Below are positions 35,230 to 46,170 of a stretch of DNA of 64,000 nucleotides, piece after piece. The notes under the pieces are model-generated. The model worked only from the letters and a program-made list of their open reading frames with translations, had not been told where the DNA came from and ran no database searches. The stretch comes from Phycisphaerae bacterium (lineage in GTDB: Bacteria; Planctomycetota; Phycisphaerae; WQYP01). Numbering within the stretch: position 1 is the first letter of the stretch; every line of letters starts with the position of its first letter. The stretch covers positions 85 to 64,084 of the forward strand of contig DASZZD010000060.1 of NCBI GenBank assembly GCA_035545015.1, given 5' to 3'. A program made the translations under genes and the position numbers.

Positions 35230-35318
35230 TCCCTTCCGTGCTCGCCGCGTCCTCTGTGGTTCAAACCGTCTCCAGCTTTCGTGCCTTTGGTGCCTTTCGT
35301 GGCTAATTTACGTCGTCG
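35230..35318 (-). repeat. composite repeat element, copy 5a (diverged, full length)
   Basis: ...CCTTCCGTGCTCGCCGCGTCCTCTGTGGTTCAAACCGTCTCCAGCTTTCGTGCCTTTGGTGCCTTTCGTGGCTAATTTACGTCGTCG. Confidence 0.65.
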
Positions 35319-35336
35319 TCGGCGGGGGTGGCGTCG

Positions 35337-35414
35337 TTCCTCCGTGCCCCTTCGCGTGCTCCGTGTTTTTTTGGTGCGGCTTCGCCGCGCTATGTTTTTC
35401 GTGGCCATTTACGT
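35337..35414 (-). repeat. composite repeat element, copy 5b (diverged), ends 7 nt from the M42 peptidase stop
   Basis: ...TCCGTGCCCCTTCGCGTGCTCCGTGTTTTTTTGGTGCGGCTTCGCCGCGCTATGTTTTTCGTGGCCATTTACG. Tandem with 5a. Confidence 0.65.
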
Positions 35415-35420
35415 CAATGA

Positions 35421-36581
35421 TCACACCGGATTTGCCCGAAACATTCCCCGCTGCTCCTCCCGATGCATCTTCGATAGCCGCTTCCTGAACACCTCCAGCC
35501 CCGGCTCATACTTCCCAAATCGCCGCACCGTCTCCATCAGCAACCGCACCATCCCCGCAAAATCCCCCGCATGAATCGTCTCGCTGGCGATCGCCTTGCC
35601 CGCCTTCGTCCCATCGCCCCAGCCCACCTCGCCCTTCACCGTCATATTGTGATAATTCCCGAGCGCCAGACACAGCCCCGCCGAATCGTACCCATATGCC
35701 AGAAACGCCGTCGAATTGCACGTGCCCCCGTCCATCAACTTCCGCTGATACTTAAAAGAAGCATCCTCATCCGCAATATGCCCCGCCGTCTGCGACAGAA
35801 AATACGAAAGCCCCGGCGAAAAAATCCCCGTCCGGTCTCCCACGCGAATGATCGGCCCCGCGCCCTGCGGCGAACCCGCCGACGCCTTGCTCGTCTCCAG
35901 CCCGATCACCGAACTTCCCCGGGGAATCCACCCGTTCTCGCACACCGCCAGCACCCCCGCGAATCCCACCTCCTCCGCCCGCGTGCACAGCCCGATCACA
36001 TGCCCCTCCACCTGCTTCTCCACCAACTCCTTGAGCAAACACGCGATCGCCGCCACGCCGCCGATGTCATCACACACCCGCGCCGCAAAAATCCCTTTTG
36101 TCACCCGCGCGTCGGGCAAATCCCACATGCCGATCGCCCCCGCCGGCAACTTCTCCCGCACCCCCGCCAGCGTCACCCGCAGCGTCCGCTTCCCGCGCAC
36201 CTGCTTCACCCTCAGCACGCGCGTCCGCACCCACCGCCCCCCGCCCTCACCCTCCTCCCAAAACCCCACCCGCGCCCCCGCAAAACACGATGGCCGCACG
36301 CCCCCGCGAAACTCCGCCCGCAAGTCCCCCGCGCGCGATCGCCCCATCAGCACAAACCCCGGATGATCCATGTGCGCTTCAATCACCACAGGCCGCCCCC
36401 CCCGTGCGCTTGCCCGCCCCCGCCGATACTCCAGATACACATTCCCCACCCCATCCCGCCGCACCCGCACCGCCTTCTCCAACGACCGTGCAAACGCGAG
36501 CAGCCACGCAATCACATGCTGCTCCCGATACGGCGCCGTCGGCAAATTGCACAATGAAGTAAGGATCTCCACTGAATTCAC
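35421..36581 (-). CDS. M42-family (FrvX/glutamyl aminopeptidase-like) metallopeptidase
   Basis: 386 aa. PTAPYREQHV, VVIEAHMDHPGFVL, CDDIGGVAA, TRAEEVGFAG, GTCNSTA follow the M42 order of metal ligands. Confidence 0.75.
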   Translation of the reverse strand: MNSVEILTSLCNLPTAPYREQHVIAWLLAFARSLEKAVRVRRDGVGNVYLEYRRGRASARGGRPVVIEAHMDHPGFVLMGRSRAGDLRAEFRGGVRPSCFAGARVGFWEEGEGGGRWVRTRVLRVKQVRGKRTLRVTLAGVREKLPAGAIGMWDLPDARVTKGIFAARVCDDIGGVAAIACLLKELVEKQVEGHVIGLCTRAEEVGFAGVLAVCENGWIPRGSSVIGLETSKASAGSPQGAGPIIRVGDRTGIFSPGLSYFLSQTAGHIADEDASFKYQRKLMDGGTCNSTAFLAYGYDSAGLCLALGNYHNMTVKGEVGWGDGTKAGKAIASETIHAGDFAGMVRLLMETVRRFGKYEPGLEVFRKRLSKMHREEQRGMFRANPV

Positions 36582-36582
36582 A

Positions 36583-36625
36583 TCCGTCCTCCGTGCTTTT
36601 CGTGTGCTCCGTGGTTTTGAATCGC
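36583..36625 (-). repeat. partial composite repeat (TTCGTG-triplet half), ends 8 nt from the sugE stop
   Basis: TCCGTCCTCCGTGCTTTTCGTGTGCTCCGTGGTTTTGAATCG. Confidence 0.55.
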
Positions 36626-36632
36626 CATCATC

Positions 36633-36998
36633 TCACGTCGAAGTCTGCGAACTCCCCGCCCGCGCCGCCCCTTCTCCCGGCGGTGACAGAAACTTCAACC
36701 CCACCGCCCCCGTGATAATCAGCGTCAAACACCCCAGCCGCACCCAATCATGCGGCTCATGAAACAGCAGCATCCCCAGCACCACCGTCCCCGCCGCCCC
36801 CAGCCCCGTCCACACCGCATACGTCGTCCCGATCGGAATGCCCCCCTTGGTCGCCTGCGACATCAGATACAGCGACAAAACCATGATTCCAAACGTGATC
36901 CCCACCGCCCAATACCGCATCGTGAACCCGTGCGTGTACTTGAACCCCAGCGGCCAGATCATCTCGCAAACCCCCGCCAGCACCAGCCACACCCACGC
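36633..36998 (-). CDS. sugE: SMR-family transporter (SugE/Gdx type)
   Basis: MAWVWLVLAGVCEMIWPLGFKYTHGFT...IGTTYAVWTGLGAAGTVVLGMLLFHEP is the SugE pattern, including the conserved Glu in helix 1. Unusually long C-terminal tail. Confidence 0.85.
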   Translation of the reverse strand, partial: AWVWLVLAGVCEMIWPLGFKYTHGFTMRYWAVGITFGIMVLSLYLMSQATKGGIPIGTTYAVWTGLGAAGTVVLGMLLFHEPHDWVRLGCLTLIITGAVGLKFLSPPGEGAARAGSSQTST

Positions 36999-37078
36999 CA
37001 TGCACACCTCCATCGATTCGCCTCAAAGCATAGGCGATCCATCGGAAATGTGCAGCCCGTGAATGGGTCCGCCCCCGT

Positions 37079-37927
37079 TCACCCCCGCGCCCGCCGCCGC
37101 CCCAACAGCACCATCGCCCCCGCCGCCAGCAGCGCCACGCTCGCGGGCTCCGGCACGTTATTCGCCGCCGCCAGCGCCGCCACCTCGTCCGCCGTCAGCG
37201 CCCCGTCATACAACCGAATTCTCGCCACATCCCCGGACTGCGATTCCGGATCGATGTTGTCTCCCACGATCCCCACATTGTCATTCATGAAAAAATGCAG
37301 CGCCTGCGTGGTCGGATCGCCCGGCGCCGCGATCAGCGCCAGATCCGACGAATCCACAAACGAAAACGCCTCCGCTCCCCCCACATATGCCGTCACCACT
37401 GGATTCGCCGGATCCGTCGCCGCATCCCGCGTCAGCACGATCTGCGCATACTGGTCCACGCTCGTCAGCCCCTGCGCGCTCGTCCCCACCGCCGTCGGCA
37501 CATCAAAAAAATCCAGCGCGTTCGACAAATTGTACAGCCCCGTGTCCGCCAGCAAATTGTTGAAATCGATCAGCTTCGCCGCCGGCGACGCCCCGCTCCC
37601 CGTCGCCAGCGGCACCAGTTTCGCATCCATCACGATCGAATAATTCGCCGGCGAAATCACTCCGCTCGTTATCGCGCCCAACCCGTAGTTGTTGCTGAAC
37701 GCGTACACCGTCCGCGTCTGCCCATACACCGTATCCGTCGTGAACGCGTTGGTGTTCGTCCCGTTCCCCGTCGCCGCCACCGTCAGGTCCGGCGCCGTCC
37801 CGCCGTTCACCGACGATGCAAACGTGTTCTGAAACTGATAGTCCGCCTCCAGCGTTGCCCCGCGCAACCCCAGCGGCGCGGCGCTCAACATCACGGCGGC
37901 AATCACGCAAAAACGAGCGGCAGACAT
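37079..37927 (-). CDS. PEP-CTERM sorting-domain protein with LamG/ConA-like domain
   Basis: 282 aa. Signal peptide. C-terminus VPEPASVALLAAGAMVLLGRRRA is the PEP-CTERM motif. RIRLYDGALTADEV is typical of LamG-type domains. Confidence 0.8.
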   Translation of the reverse strand: MSAARFCVIAAVMLSAAPLGLRGATLEADYQFQNTFASSVNGGTAPDLTVAATGNGTNTNAFTTDTVYGQTRTVYAFSNNYGLGAITSGVISPANYSIVMDAKLVPLATGSGASPAAKLIDFNNLLADTGLYNLSNALDFFDVPTAVGTSAQGLTSVDQYAQIVLTRDAATDPANPVVTAYVGGAEAFSFVDSSDLALIAAPGDPTTQALHFFMNDNVGIVGDNIDPESQSGDVARIRLYDGALTADEVAALAAANNVPEPASVALLAAGAMVLLGRRRARG

Positions 37928-38042
37928 GTTGTATCTCCCGGCGAATCAGATCTCCGCCGGAAGAATACCCCCGCCCCGCGACCTCGCAAGCACTGCTGGA
38001 GCATGTCTCGAGCGCTATCGTGCCACAATACCCAGCTTACCG

Positions 38043-39518
38043 TCACGCCAGCGACGTCACCCCCATCAGATACCGATCGCACTCCCGCGCCGCCCCGCGA
38101 CCCTCGTTGATCGCCCACACCACCAGCGACTGCCCGCGCCGGCAATCCCCCGCCGCGAACACCCCCGGCACGTTGGTCGCAAACTTCCCGTGCTCCGCCT
38201 TGTAATTGCTCCGCGCATCATGCTCCACCCCCAGTTGCTGAGACACCGCGTTCTCCGGCCCAAGGAACCCCATCGCCAGGAACACCAGGTCCGCCTTCCA
38301 CTCCTGCTCCGTACCCGCCATCTCCTTCATCTTGAACTGCCCGTTCTCCTTCACCCACTCCACCCGAATCGTCTTGAGCGCCCGCAGGTTGCCCTCCGCA
38401 TCGCCTAGGAATTCCTTCGTCAAAATCGCATACTCACGCGGATCGCGTCCGAACTTCGTCGCGCTTTCCTCGTGCCCGTAATCCGTCCGCAATATCCGCG
38501 GCCACTGCGGCCAGGGATTGTCCGGCGCACGACTCTCCGGCGGCTGCGGCAGCAATTCAAAATTCGTCAGACTCCGGCACCCATGCCGCATCGACGTCCC
38601 GATGCAATCGTTCCCCGTGTCCCCGCCGCCAATCACGATCACATGCTTATCCAGCGCCGAGATGAATTTCTTGTCCGCATGCCCGCTATCCAGCAAACTC
38701 TTCGTGTTCGCCGTCAAAAACTCCATCGCAAAATGCACCCCCTTCAAATTCCGCCCCGGCGCCGGCAGATCGCGCGGCTTCGTCGCTCCCGTCGCCAGCA
38801 TGATCGCATCAAAATCCTTCCGTAACTGCTCCACGCCCGGACCGCTCGCGACGCCGATATGCGCCCCGGTCACAAACGTCACCCCCTCCTCCTCCATCAG
38901 CTTCACCCGCCGCTGCACAATCTCCTTCTTATCCAGCTTCATGTTCGGAATCCCATACATCAGCAACCCGCCGATGCGGTCCGCGCGCTCGAACACCGTC
39001 ACCAGATGCCCGGCTTTATTCAACTGATCCGCCGCGGCCAGCCCCGCCGGCCCAGACCCGATCACCGCCACCTTCTTCCCCGTCCGTTTCTCCGGCGGCT
39101 GCGGCTTCACTAGCCCATGCTCCCACGCATGGTCGATGATCGCCGCCTCCATCTGCTTGATCGTCACCGGCGGCTCGTTGATCCCCAGTACGCAACTCCC
39201 CTCGCACGGCGCGGGACACACCCGCCCCGTGAACTCCGGAAAGTTGTTCGTCTTCCACAGCCGCAGGATCGCATCCTCCCACTGTCCCCGATACACCAGG
39301 TCATTCCACTCCGGAATCAGGTTGTTCACCGGACATCCGCCCGTGTGATCGCTATGGCAAAAAGGCACGCCGCAGTCCATGCACCGCGCCCCTTGCTGCC
39401 GCAACCGTTCCTCCGGCAGATGCTCGTGAAACTCCTTCCAATCCAGGATGCGCAGCGACGCCATCCGATACGGCGCCAGCTCCCGCGCGTATTCCATGAA
39501 GCCGGTGGGTTTACCCAT
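38043..39518 (-). CDS. gltD: glutamate synthase (NADPH) small subunit
   Basis: [69 protein letters not shown]. The start at 39518 overlaps the gltB stop by 8 nt. Confidence 0.92.
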   Translation of the reverse strand: MGKPTGFMEYARELAPYRMASLRILDWKEFHEHLPEERLRQQGARCMDCGVPFCHSDHTGGCPVNNLIPEWNDLVYRGQWEDAILRLWKTNNFPEFTGRVCPAPCEGSCVLGINEPPVTIKQMEAAIIDHAWEHGLVKPQPPEKRTGKKVAVIGSGPAGLAAADQLNKAGHLVTVFERADRIGGLLMYGIPNMKLDKKEIVQRRVKLMEEEGVTFVTGAHIGVASGPGVEQLRKDFDAIMLATGATKPRDLPAPGRNLKGVHFAMEFLTANTKSLLDSGHADKKFISALDKHVIVIGGGDTGNDCIGTSMRHGCRSLTNFELLPQPPESRAPDNPWPQWPRILRTDYGHEESATKFGRDPREYAILTKEFLGDAEGNLRALKTIRVEWVKENGQFKMKEMAGTEQEWKADLVFLAMGFLGPENAVSQQLGVEHDARSNYKAEHGKFATNVPGVFAAGDCRRGQSLVVWAINEGRGAARECDRYLMGVTSLA

Positions 39519-42500
39519 GCCCCACCTCCTCACCCGCAAGAGCCATCTGGGCCAACGCCCGCTTGTAATCCGTCGGCATCACTTTGTGGAACTTATTCAA
39601 GGATTCTTCCCAATGCGAAAGGATATGCTCGGCAACCGTCGAGCCGGTGTGCTGCCGATGCTGGGTAATCAATTCCTTCAGCAACTCGACATCCGAGCGC
39701 TCCGTCGGCTTCTCCAACTCCACCATCGCCAGGTTGCAGCGCGCCAGAAATTCATCGTTCGGGTCATACACATACGCGATCCCCCCCGACATGCCGGCGG
39801 CAAAATTCCGCCCCGTCGGCCCGAGAATCACCGCCCGCCCGTTCGTCATGTATTCGCAGCCGTGATCGCCCACCCCTTCGACCACCGCATACGCGCCCGA
39901 GTTGCGCACGCAGAACCGCTCGCCGGCCACGCCGCGGAAAAACGCCCGCCCGCTCGTCGCCCCATACAGCACCACGTTGCCCACGACGATGTTTTCCTCA
40001 GCCTTGAAACCGGCCGCCACCGCCGCCTTGTCCGGATACACGATGATCTTCCCGCCCGACAGGCCCTTGCCCACATAATCGTTGGCATCGCCTTCGAGCT
40101 CGATCGTCACGCCGCGCGCCAGCCACGCCCCCAGCGACTGTCCCGCATGCCCTTTCAGCTTGATCGCCACCGTATCATCCGGCAGCCCCTTCTCGCCATA
40201 ACGTTTGGCAATCTCGTTCGACAACATCGTCCCCACCGTCCGATGCGTGTTCTTGATCGCCCGCTCGATCGTCACCTTCTCACCGCGTTCCAGCGCAGGC
40301 GCCGCCTCCACAATGATCTCATTGTCCAGCGCCTTCTCCAGGCCGTGATCCTGCGGAATGCTCTTGATCACCTGCACACGCTCGTGCGGCTTATGTGCCG
40401 GCATCAAAATCGGCGACAAATCCAGCCCCTGCGCCTTCCAATGCCTGATCGCATCCGACACGTCCAGCAGATCCACTCGACCCACCATCTCCTCAAATTT
40501 CCGGAACCCAAGCTGCGCCATCAGCGCCCGCACTTCCTCCGCCAAAAGGAAGAAGAAGTTGATCACATACTCCGGCTTGCCCGCGAACTTCGCCCGCAGC
40601 GCCGGATCCTGCGTCGCAATCCCCACCGGGCACGTGTTCAAATGACACGCCCGCATCATGATGCACCCCAGCGTCACCAGCGGCGCCGTCGAGAAACCAA
40701 ACTCCTCCGCCCCCAGCAGCGCCCCGATCACCACATCCCGACCCGTCTTGAGCTGCCCATCCACCTGCACCGTCACCCGGCTCCGCAGGTCGTTGAGCAC
40801 CAGCGTCTGATGCGTCTCGGCCAGCCCAATCTCCCACGGACCGCCCGCATGCTTGATGCTCGTCAGCGGCGACGCCCCCGTCCCGCCATCATGCCCCGCG
40901 ATCAATATATGATCCGCATGCGCCTTGGCGACACCCGCCGCCACCGTCCCCACCCCTACCTCCGCCACCAGCTTCACGCTCACGCGCGCCGCCCGGTTGG
41001 CGTTCTTCAAATCATGAATAAGCTGCGCCAAATCCTCGATCGAATAAATGTCATGGTGCGGCGGCGGCGAAATCAACTGCACCCCAGGCGTCGAGTGCCG
41101 CAGCCAGCCGATGTACTTATCGACCTTGTGCCCCGGCAACTGCCCCCCTTCGCCCGGCTTCGCCCCCTGCGCCATCTTGATCTGCAATTCATCCGCGTTC
41201 GTCAGGTAGTTGATCGTGACGCCAAAACGCCCCGACGCCACCTGCTTGATCGCCGACCGACGCACCCGCGGCTTGCCGTCCGGCCACAATCCCAGCGGCT
41301 CATTGGGATCCACGTGGAACCGCCGCGCGTCCTCCCCGCCCTCCCCGGTGTTGCTCTTGCCGCCCAGCCGGTTCATCGCCATCGCCAGCGTCTCGTGCGC
41401 CTCCGGCGAAATCGACCCCAGCGACATCGCCCCCGTGCAGAACCGCTTCACGATCTCCTTCGCCGGCTCCACTTCCTCCAGCGGAACCGCCGTCGATGGC
41501 TTGAACTTGAACATCCCGCGCAGCGTGCACAACGCCCCCGCCTGCTCATTGATCGCCTTGGCATACCGCGCATACGCCGCCCGGCTCCCTTCCGAACCCT
41601 GCCCCGCCCACGTCGCCTGCTGCAAGCTCGAAATCACCTCCGGGCTGAACAGGTGCCGCTCGCCCTCGCGCCGCCAGTGATACTGCCCGCCATTGGGCAG
41701 CACCGGCAGCGGCTTCGATTCCTTCCGCGTCGGGAAGCCGATCTCATGCCGCCGCACCGCTTCCTTCGCCAGCACGTCAAAACCCACCCCCTCCACGCGC
41801 GACGCCGTCCCCACAAAGCTCTTGTCCACAACGGCGCTATTCAGCCCCACCGCCTCAAAAATCTGCGCGCCCTTATAGGATTGCAGCGTGGAGATGCCCA
41901 TCTTCGACATCACCTTCAGCAGCCCCTTGTCCACCGCCTTGATGTAATTCTTGACGATCGTCTTTTCATCTTTGACGTCGATCTTCTTCTGCGCCCGCAG
42001 GTCCCACAGCGTCTCAAACGCCAGGTACGGGTTGATCGCATCCGCACCATACCCGATCAGCATCGCGTGGTGATGCACCTCCCGCGCCTCGCCCGTCTCC
42101 AGCACCAGCCCGATCGCCGTGCGCTTGTTCGCCTTCACCAGGTGATGATGCACCGTCCCGATCGCCAGCAGCGACGGCAACGCCACCTTGTCATAATCCA
42201 TCGCCCGGTCCGACAGGATCACCAGGCTGTATCCATCCTTGATCGCCTGCATCGTCTCGGCGCAAATCCGCTCCAGCGCCGCCAGCATCCCCTTCTCGCC
42301 GGCCTCCCGCTCAAACACGCTGTCGATCACCTTCGTCTTCCACCCCCGGTGATGCATCTCCTTGATCTTCGCCAACTGCTCGTTGGTCAGAATCGGATGC
42401 TCGATCCGCAGCCGATGCGCATGCTCCGGCGTCGCCTCCAGCAGGTTCCGCTCCGGACCGATGTACGCCTCCAGCGACATCACGATGTATTCCTTGTCCG

Positions 42501-44130
42501 AATCCAAGGGCGGATTCGTCACCTGCGCAAAGGTCTGCTTGAAATAGTCGTACAGCATCCGCGGCTGATCGCTCAGACACGCCAGCGCCGCGTCATTCCC
42601 CATCGACCCCAGCGCCTCCTGCCCCTGTGTCCCCATCGGCGCCAGCAGCTTGTTCACATCTTCCGTCGTGTATCCCAGGCACTGCTGCCGCGTGATCAGC
42701 GTCTCGCTCACGAACCCGCCCACATACGTCGGCGTCGGCAGGTCGTCCAGCGTGATCCGCTGCTCCTGCACCCACTGCCCATACGGATGCTCCTCCGACA
42801 GCTTCTTCTTCAATTCCAAATCATCAACGATCCGCCCCTCCTGGAAATCCACCAGGAACATCCGCCCGGGCTGCAAACGCCCCTTCTTCGCAACATTCTC
42901 CGGCGGCACCGGCAACACCCCCACCTCCGACGCCATGATCACCAGGTCGTCCTTTGTCACGTAATAACGCGACGGCCGCAGCCCGTTCCGATCCAGCACC
43001 GCCCCGATGAAATGCCCGTCCGTGAACGCCACCGACGCCGGCCCGTCCCACGGCTCCATCAGGCACGAGTGATACTCGTAAAACGCACGCCGCCGCGGAT
43101 CCATCGATTCGTGGTTCTGCCACGCCTCCGGAATCATCATCATCACCGCGTGCGGCAAACTCCGCCCGCTCTGCAGCAAAAGCTCCAGGCAGTTGTCAAA
43201 TTCCCACGAGTCCGACCCCTCCGGTTCGATCACCGGCTTGATCCCCTCGATCTCCTTCCCCGGAAACAGCTCGCTCTTGAACATGCCTTCCCGCGCCCGC
43301 ATCCAGTTGATGTTCCCCCGACGCGTGTTGATCTCGCCGTTGTGCGCCATGAACCTGAACGGCTGCGCCCGGTCCCAGCTCGGAAACGTGTTCGTCGAAA
43401 AACGCGAATGCACCAGCGCCAAATGGCTCGTGTAATCCTTGTCCGAAATGTCCGCCCGGAAATATTCCGTCACCTGCGCAGGCGTCAACTGCCCCTTGTA
43501 AATCATCACCTTCGTCGACAGCGAGCACACGTAAAAATACCCCGCCATCGTCATGTCCATCGCCCGGCACGCATACGTCGCACGCTTCCGCACGATGTAC
43601 AGCTCCCGCTCCAGCGAATCCCCCGTCTTTCCCGTCTTCCCCCCGCCAATAAACACCTGCTTCATCCGCGGCTCAATCTGCTTCGCCGTCATCCCCAGCG
43701 TCGAATTGTCCGTCGGCACGTCCCGCCACCCCAACAGGCTCAGCCCCTGCTCCTCCACGATCTCCGCAACCTTCGCCTCGCACACCACCCGCTGCTCGTT
43801 ATCCGTCGGCAAAAATACGACCCCCGCCCCATACTCCCCCTTCGCCGGCAACTCGATCCCCGCGTCCCGCTTCGCCGCCTTCACCAGAAATTCGTGCGGC
43901 AACGCCGTCAGAATCCCCGCTCCGTCCCCCGTGTTCTGCTCGCACCCGCACGCACCTCGATGGTCCATGTGCTCCAGCATCGTCAACGCATTGGTCACGA
44001 TCTCATGCGACTTCTTCCCCTTGATGTGCGCCACAAACCCCACGCCGCACGAATCATGCTCGAACGCCGGATCGTACAACCCGATTTTTTGCGGCATCCC
44101 GGCCGACGAGCCCAATGGTGTGGTACCCAA
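39511..44130 (-). CDS. gltB: glutamate synthase large subunit
   Basis: 1539 aa. [11 protein letters not shown] (Ntn Cys), FMN/3Fe-4S and GXGXG beta-helix domains present in order. TTG 44130 has GGAGG 7 nt upstream; ATG 44097 is an alternative. Confidence 0.95.
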   Translation of the reverse strand: MGTTPLGSSAGMPQKIGLYDPAFEHDSCGVGFVAHIKGKKSHEIVTNALTMLEHMDHRGACGCEQNTGDGAGILTALPHEFLVKAAKRDAGIELPAKGEYGAGVVFLPTDNEQRVVCEAKVAEIVEEQGLSLLGWRDVPTDNSTLGMTAKQIEPRMKQVFIGGGKTGKTGDSLERELYIVRKRATYACRAMDMTMAGYFYVCSLSTKVMIYKGQLTPAQVTEYFRADISDKDYTSHLALVHSRFSTNTFPSWDRAQPFRFMAHNGEINTRRGNINWMRAREGMFKSELFPGKEIEGIKPVIEPEGSDSWEFDNCLELLLQSGRSLPHAVMMMIPEAWQNHESMDPRRRAFYEYHSCLMEPWDGPASVAFTDGHFIGAVLDRNGLRPSRYYVTKDDLVIMASEVGVLPVPPENVAKKGRLQPGRMFLVDFQEGRIVDDLELKKKLSEEHPYGQWVQEQRITLDDLPTPTYVGGFVSETLITRQQCLGYTTEDVNKLLAPMGTQGQEALGSMGNDAALACLSDQPRMLYDYFKQTFAQVTNPPLDSDKEYIVMSLEAYIGPERNLLEATPEHAHRLRIEHPILTNEQLAKIKEMHHRGWKTKVIDSVFEREAGEKGMLAALERICAETMQAIKDGYSLVILSDRAMDYDKVALPSLLAIGTVHHHLVKANKRTAIGLVLETGEAREVHHHAMLIGYGADAINPYLAFETLWDLRAQKKIDVKDEKTIVKNYIKAVDKGLLKVMSKMGISTLQSYKGAQIFEAVGLNSAVVDKSFVGTASRVEGVGFDVLAKEAVRRHEIGFPTRKESKPLPVLPNGGQYHWRREGERHLFSPEVISSLQQATWAGQGSEGSRAAYARYAKAINEQAGALCTLRGMFKFKPSTAVPLEEVEPAKEIVKRFCTGAMSLGSISPEAHETLAMAMNRLGGKSNTGEGGEDARRFHVDPNEPLGLWPDGKPRVRRSAIKQVASGRFGVTINYLTNADELQIKMAQGAKPGEGGQLPGHKVDKYIGWLRHSTPGVQLISPPPHHDIYSIEDLAQLIHDLKNANRAARVSVKLVAEVGVGTVAAGVAKAHADHILIAGHDGGTGASPLTSIKHAGGPWEIGLAETHQTLVLNDLRSRVTVQVDGQLKTGRDVVIGALLGAEEFGFSTAPLVTLGCIMMRACHLNTCPVGIATQDPALRAKFAGKPEYVINFFFLLAEEVRALMAQLGFRKFEEMVGRVDLLDVSDAIRHWKAQGLDLSPILMPAHKPHERVQVIKSIPQDHGLEKALDNEIIVEAAPALERGEKVTIERAIKNTHRTVGTMLSNEIAKRYGEKGLPDDTVAIKLKGHAGQSLGAWLARGVTIELEGDANDYVGKGLSGGKIIVYPDKAAVAAGFKAEENIVVGNVVLYGATSGRAFFRGVAGERFCVRNSGAYAVVEGVGDHGCEYMTNGRAVILGPTGRNFAAGMSGGIAYVYDPNDEFLARCNLAMVELEKPTERSDVELLKELITQHRQHTGSTVAEHILSHWEESLNKFHKVMPTDYKRALAQMALAGEEVGHG

Positions 44131-44215
44131 CTGAAAACCTCCGAGTCAGGGCCTCTCGCCCCAGCCTCCGCGCGCAGCATAACCAACGGTTTCGCCAATG
44201 CGTTGAGAGTCACTT

Positions 44216-44244
44216 ACTTTAGCATTCTCCCCCGACCTCATCAA
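44216..44244 (-). promoter_or_regulatory. candidate sigma70-type promoter for gltBD (TTGATG-N17-TAAAGT)
   Basis: On the - strand, TTGATG lies at 44244-44239, a 17-nt spacer follows, and TAAAGT lies at 44221-44216. This is ~85 nt upstream of the TTG start. Confidence 0.4.
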
Positions 44245-44307
44245 GAATTTCCTTCCCTTTCCCCACCCCCATTTTCACCCTCCCCACTCTCCCGCCCCTT
44301 TCACCAT

Positions 44308-45543
44308 TCACGATTCACCAGTCACAATTTTTCGCACCAATCCATTCAACGCCCGCACCGCCATCTCCAGATGCTCCTCCTTCGTGTCCTCAATCCTGTT
44401 GTGCGAGATCCCCCGCAAACTCTGCACGAACAGCATCACCGTCGGGATCCCCGTCCGGCATACCTCCGCCGCGTCATGCAGCGGCCCGCTCGGCAATCGA
44501 TGGCTCGCCCCGCACACCCCCCGCACCGCCGCATCCGCCATCTCGATCAGCTTCCCATCAAACGGAAACGGCTGAATCGCCCACAACTTCTTCCATTCGA
44601 CCCCAATCTTCTCCTCCGCCGCAATCCGCTCGCTCGCCTCCCGCGCCTCCGCATGCATCTTCGCCAGCGCCCCCGCATCCAGGTGCCGCTGATCCAGCGT
44701 CATCACCGCCCCACCCACCACCGCCGTCACGATCCCCGGCTTCGTCACCACGCTCCCCACCGTGCACACGCCCCCATGCCGCACCGCAATTTCCCGCACC
44801 GCCAGGTGCAGCTTGCTCACACCGCCCAGCGCATCCCGCCGATGCCCCATCGGTGTCGACCCCGAATGCGCCGCCTGCCCCGTAAACGTCACCTCGTGCC
44901 GCTCCACCCCAAACGTCCCCAGCACCACCCCCAGCGGCAACCCCAGACTCTCCAACACCGGCCCCTGCTCAATATGCAACTCCACATACGCCGCCGCCCC
45001 CGCGCGTTCTGCCCCCGCCTCCAGCACCCGCTCAAATTCAATCCCCTGCGAAGCCAGTGCCTCCGGAAGCCCAACCCCCGCCTTATCCTTCAACCCCCGC
45101 ACTTCCTCCAGCACCAGCGCCCCCGAAAACGCCGACGACCCAAACAGCGATCTCCCAAACCGCGCCCCCTCCTCATCCGCCCAATCCACCACCCGCACCG
45201 TCATCGGCGGACCCTCTGGAAACGCCGCCGCAATCCCCCGCAAAATCTCCACCCCCGCCAGCGTATTCAAACACCCATCCAGCCACCCCCCATTCGGCAC
45301 CGAATCTATATGCCCCCCAATCAACACCGCCTTCTCACTCTTCCCCCGCAACGTCCCCCACAAATTCCCCGCCGCATCCCGATGCACCTCCACCCCCGGC
45401 ACCCCTTCCAACTTCCCCCGCAACCACCCCCGCGCCTTCGCCCACACCTCCGTAAACGCCACCCGCTGCGCCCCCTCAGAATCCCCCGTCAACGCCCGCA
45501 ACTCCTTCAACTCCTCCACCGTTCGTTCCGGTCGTAATGTCAT
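44308..45543 (-). CDS. M20-family Zn amidohydrolase (N-carbamoyl-amino-acid / beta-ureidopropionase / allantoate amidohydrolase type)
   Basis: 411 aa. GGHIDSVPNGGWLDG, DWADEEGARFG, YVELHIEQGPVLE, GQAAHSGSTPM, SGPLHDAA. Its placement with preA and dihydropyrimidinase favours beta-ureidopropionase function. Confidence 0.85.
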   Translation of the reverse strand: MTLRPERTVEELKELRALTGDSEGAQRVAFTEVWAKARGWLRGKLEGVPGVEVHRDAAGNLWGTLRGKSEKAVLIGGHIDSVPNGGWLDGCLNTLAGVEILRGIAAAFPEGPPMTVRVVDWADEEGARFGRSLFGSSAFSGALVLEEVRGLKDKAGVGLPEALASQGIEFERVLEAGAERAGAAAYVELHIEQGPVLESLGLPLGVVLGTFGVERHEVTFTGQAAHSGSTPMGHRRDALGGVSKLHLAVREIAVRHGGVCTVGSVVTKPGIVTAVVGGAVMTLDQRHLDAGALAKMHAEAREASERIAAEEKIGVEWKKLWAIQPFPFDGKLIEMADAAVRGVCGASHRLPSGPLHDAAEVCRTGIPTVMLFVQSLRGISHNRIEDTKEEHLEMAVRALNGLVRKIVTGES

Positions 45544-45623
45544 GCATCACCTGAATCGCGCCATTCCCTCTGAACCGCCGCCACCGCCCGCCAGAACTCA
45601 TAATCCCCGTCCGCTGATCCTTC

Positions 45624-45887
45624 TCAACCAAACAGACTGTCGAATTCATTGTGCGTTCCGATCCACGACCAGTAAATCGTGTCGCCGTCACGTTCTCCAA
45701 TCGCCCGATACTGCTCGTTGATCCGCACCGACCACACCCGCTCATACCCGCCCAGCTTCTTGAATCGCAGCGATGGATGCTCCGGCGACTTCGCGAACAA
45801 TGCATACGCCCGCCGCGCAGCCTCTCTTGTCCGCCCGTCTAGCTTCTCATACGACCGCCAGAAACTGGGCCGTACACGCGACTTCAC
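45624..45887 (-). CDS. RelE/ParE-superfamily toxin
   Basis: 87 aa. FWRSYEKLDGRTREAARRAYALFAKSPEHPSLRFKKLGGYERVWSVRINEQYRAIGERDGDTIYWSWIGTHNEFD matches the ParE-like toxin pattern. Confidence 0.75.
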   Translation of the reverse strand: MKSRVRPSFWRSYEKLDGRTREAARRAYALFAKSPEHPSLRFKKLGGYERVWSVRINEQYRAIGERDGDTIYWSWIGTHNEFDSLFG

Positions 45888-46114
45888 AACCGGCCCTGAT
45901 CCAGCGGCTCATCACCCTCCGCCGCCGATGACCGCAAAAACGCCTCCAGCCGTGGCCGCGCCTTCGCCGTTTCCAATTCCCTCTCCCACGCCTCCTCCCC
46001 CTCCCGCGCCAGCAGAAACCGCGCAAAATCCATCACCTCCGCACGCCTGCTCTCCGGCAGCGACTCGCATATCGCCACGATTTCTTCCGTCGCTCGTGTC
46101 ATAACCCCCTTCAT
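45884..46114 (-). CDS. antitoxin partner (DUF2281-like)
   Basis: ATG 46114 (or 46102). EIVAICESLPESRRAEVMDFARFLLAREGEE. 4-nt overlap with the toxin start. Confidence 0.65.
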   Translation of the reverse strand: MKGVMTRATEEIVAICESLPESRRAEVMDFARFLLAREGEEAWERELETAKARPRLEAFLRSSAAEGDEPLDQGRL

Positions 46115-46170
46115 AACGCTACGCCCGCCAGCAATCAACAAATTTCCGCCTCGCCCCCCATGCGTCGCCT

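Noticed and set aside
37014-37078. A possible guanidine riboswitch upstream of the SugE/Gdx-type transporter.
   Set aside because: The 65-nt leader shows neither paired ACGR-loop hairpins (guanidine-II) nor ykkC/guanidine-III signatures that I could recognise. An Infernal scan would be decisive, but nothing supports the call by eye.
39448-45537. A 2,029-codon open frame on the + strand, opposite gltB and the amidohydrolase gene.
   Set aside because: The translation is Arg/Pro/His/Leu low-complexity with no domain-like segments. It lies exactly antisense to genes with unmistakable protein signatures. With third positions almost all G/C, the sense codons TTA/CTA/TCA that would create antisense stops are nearly absent, so long shadow ORFs are expected.
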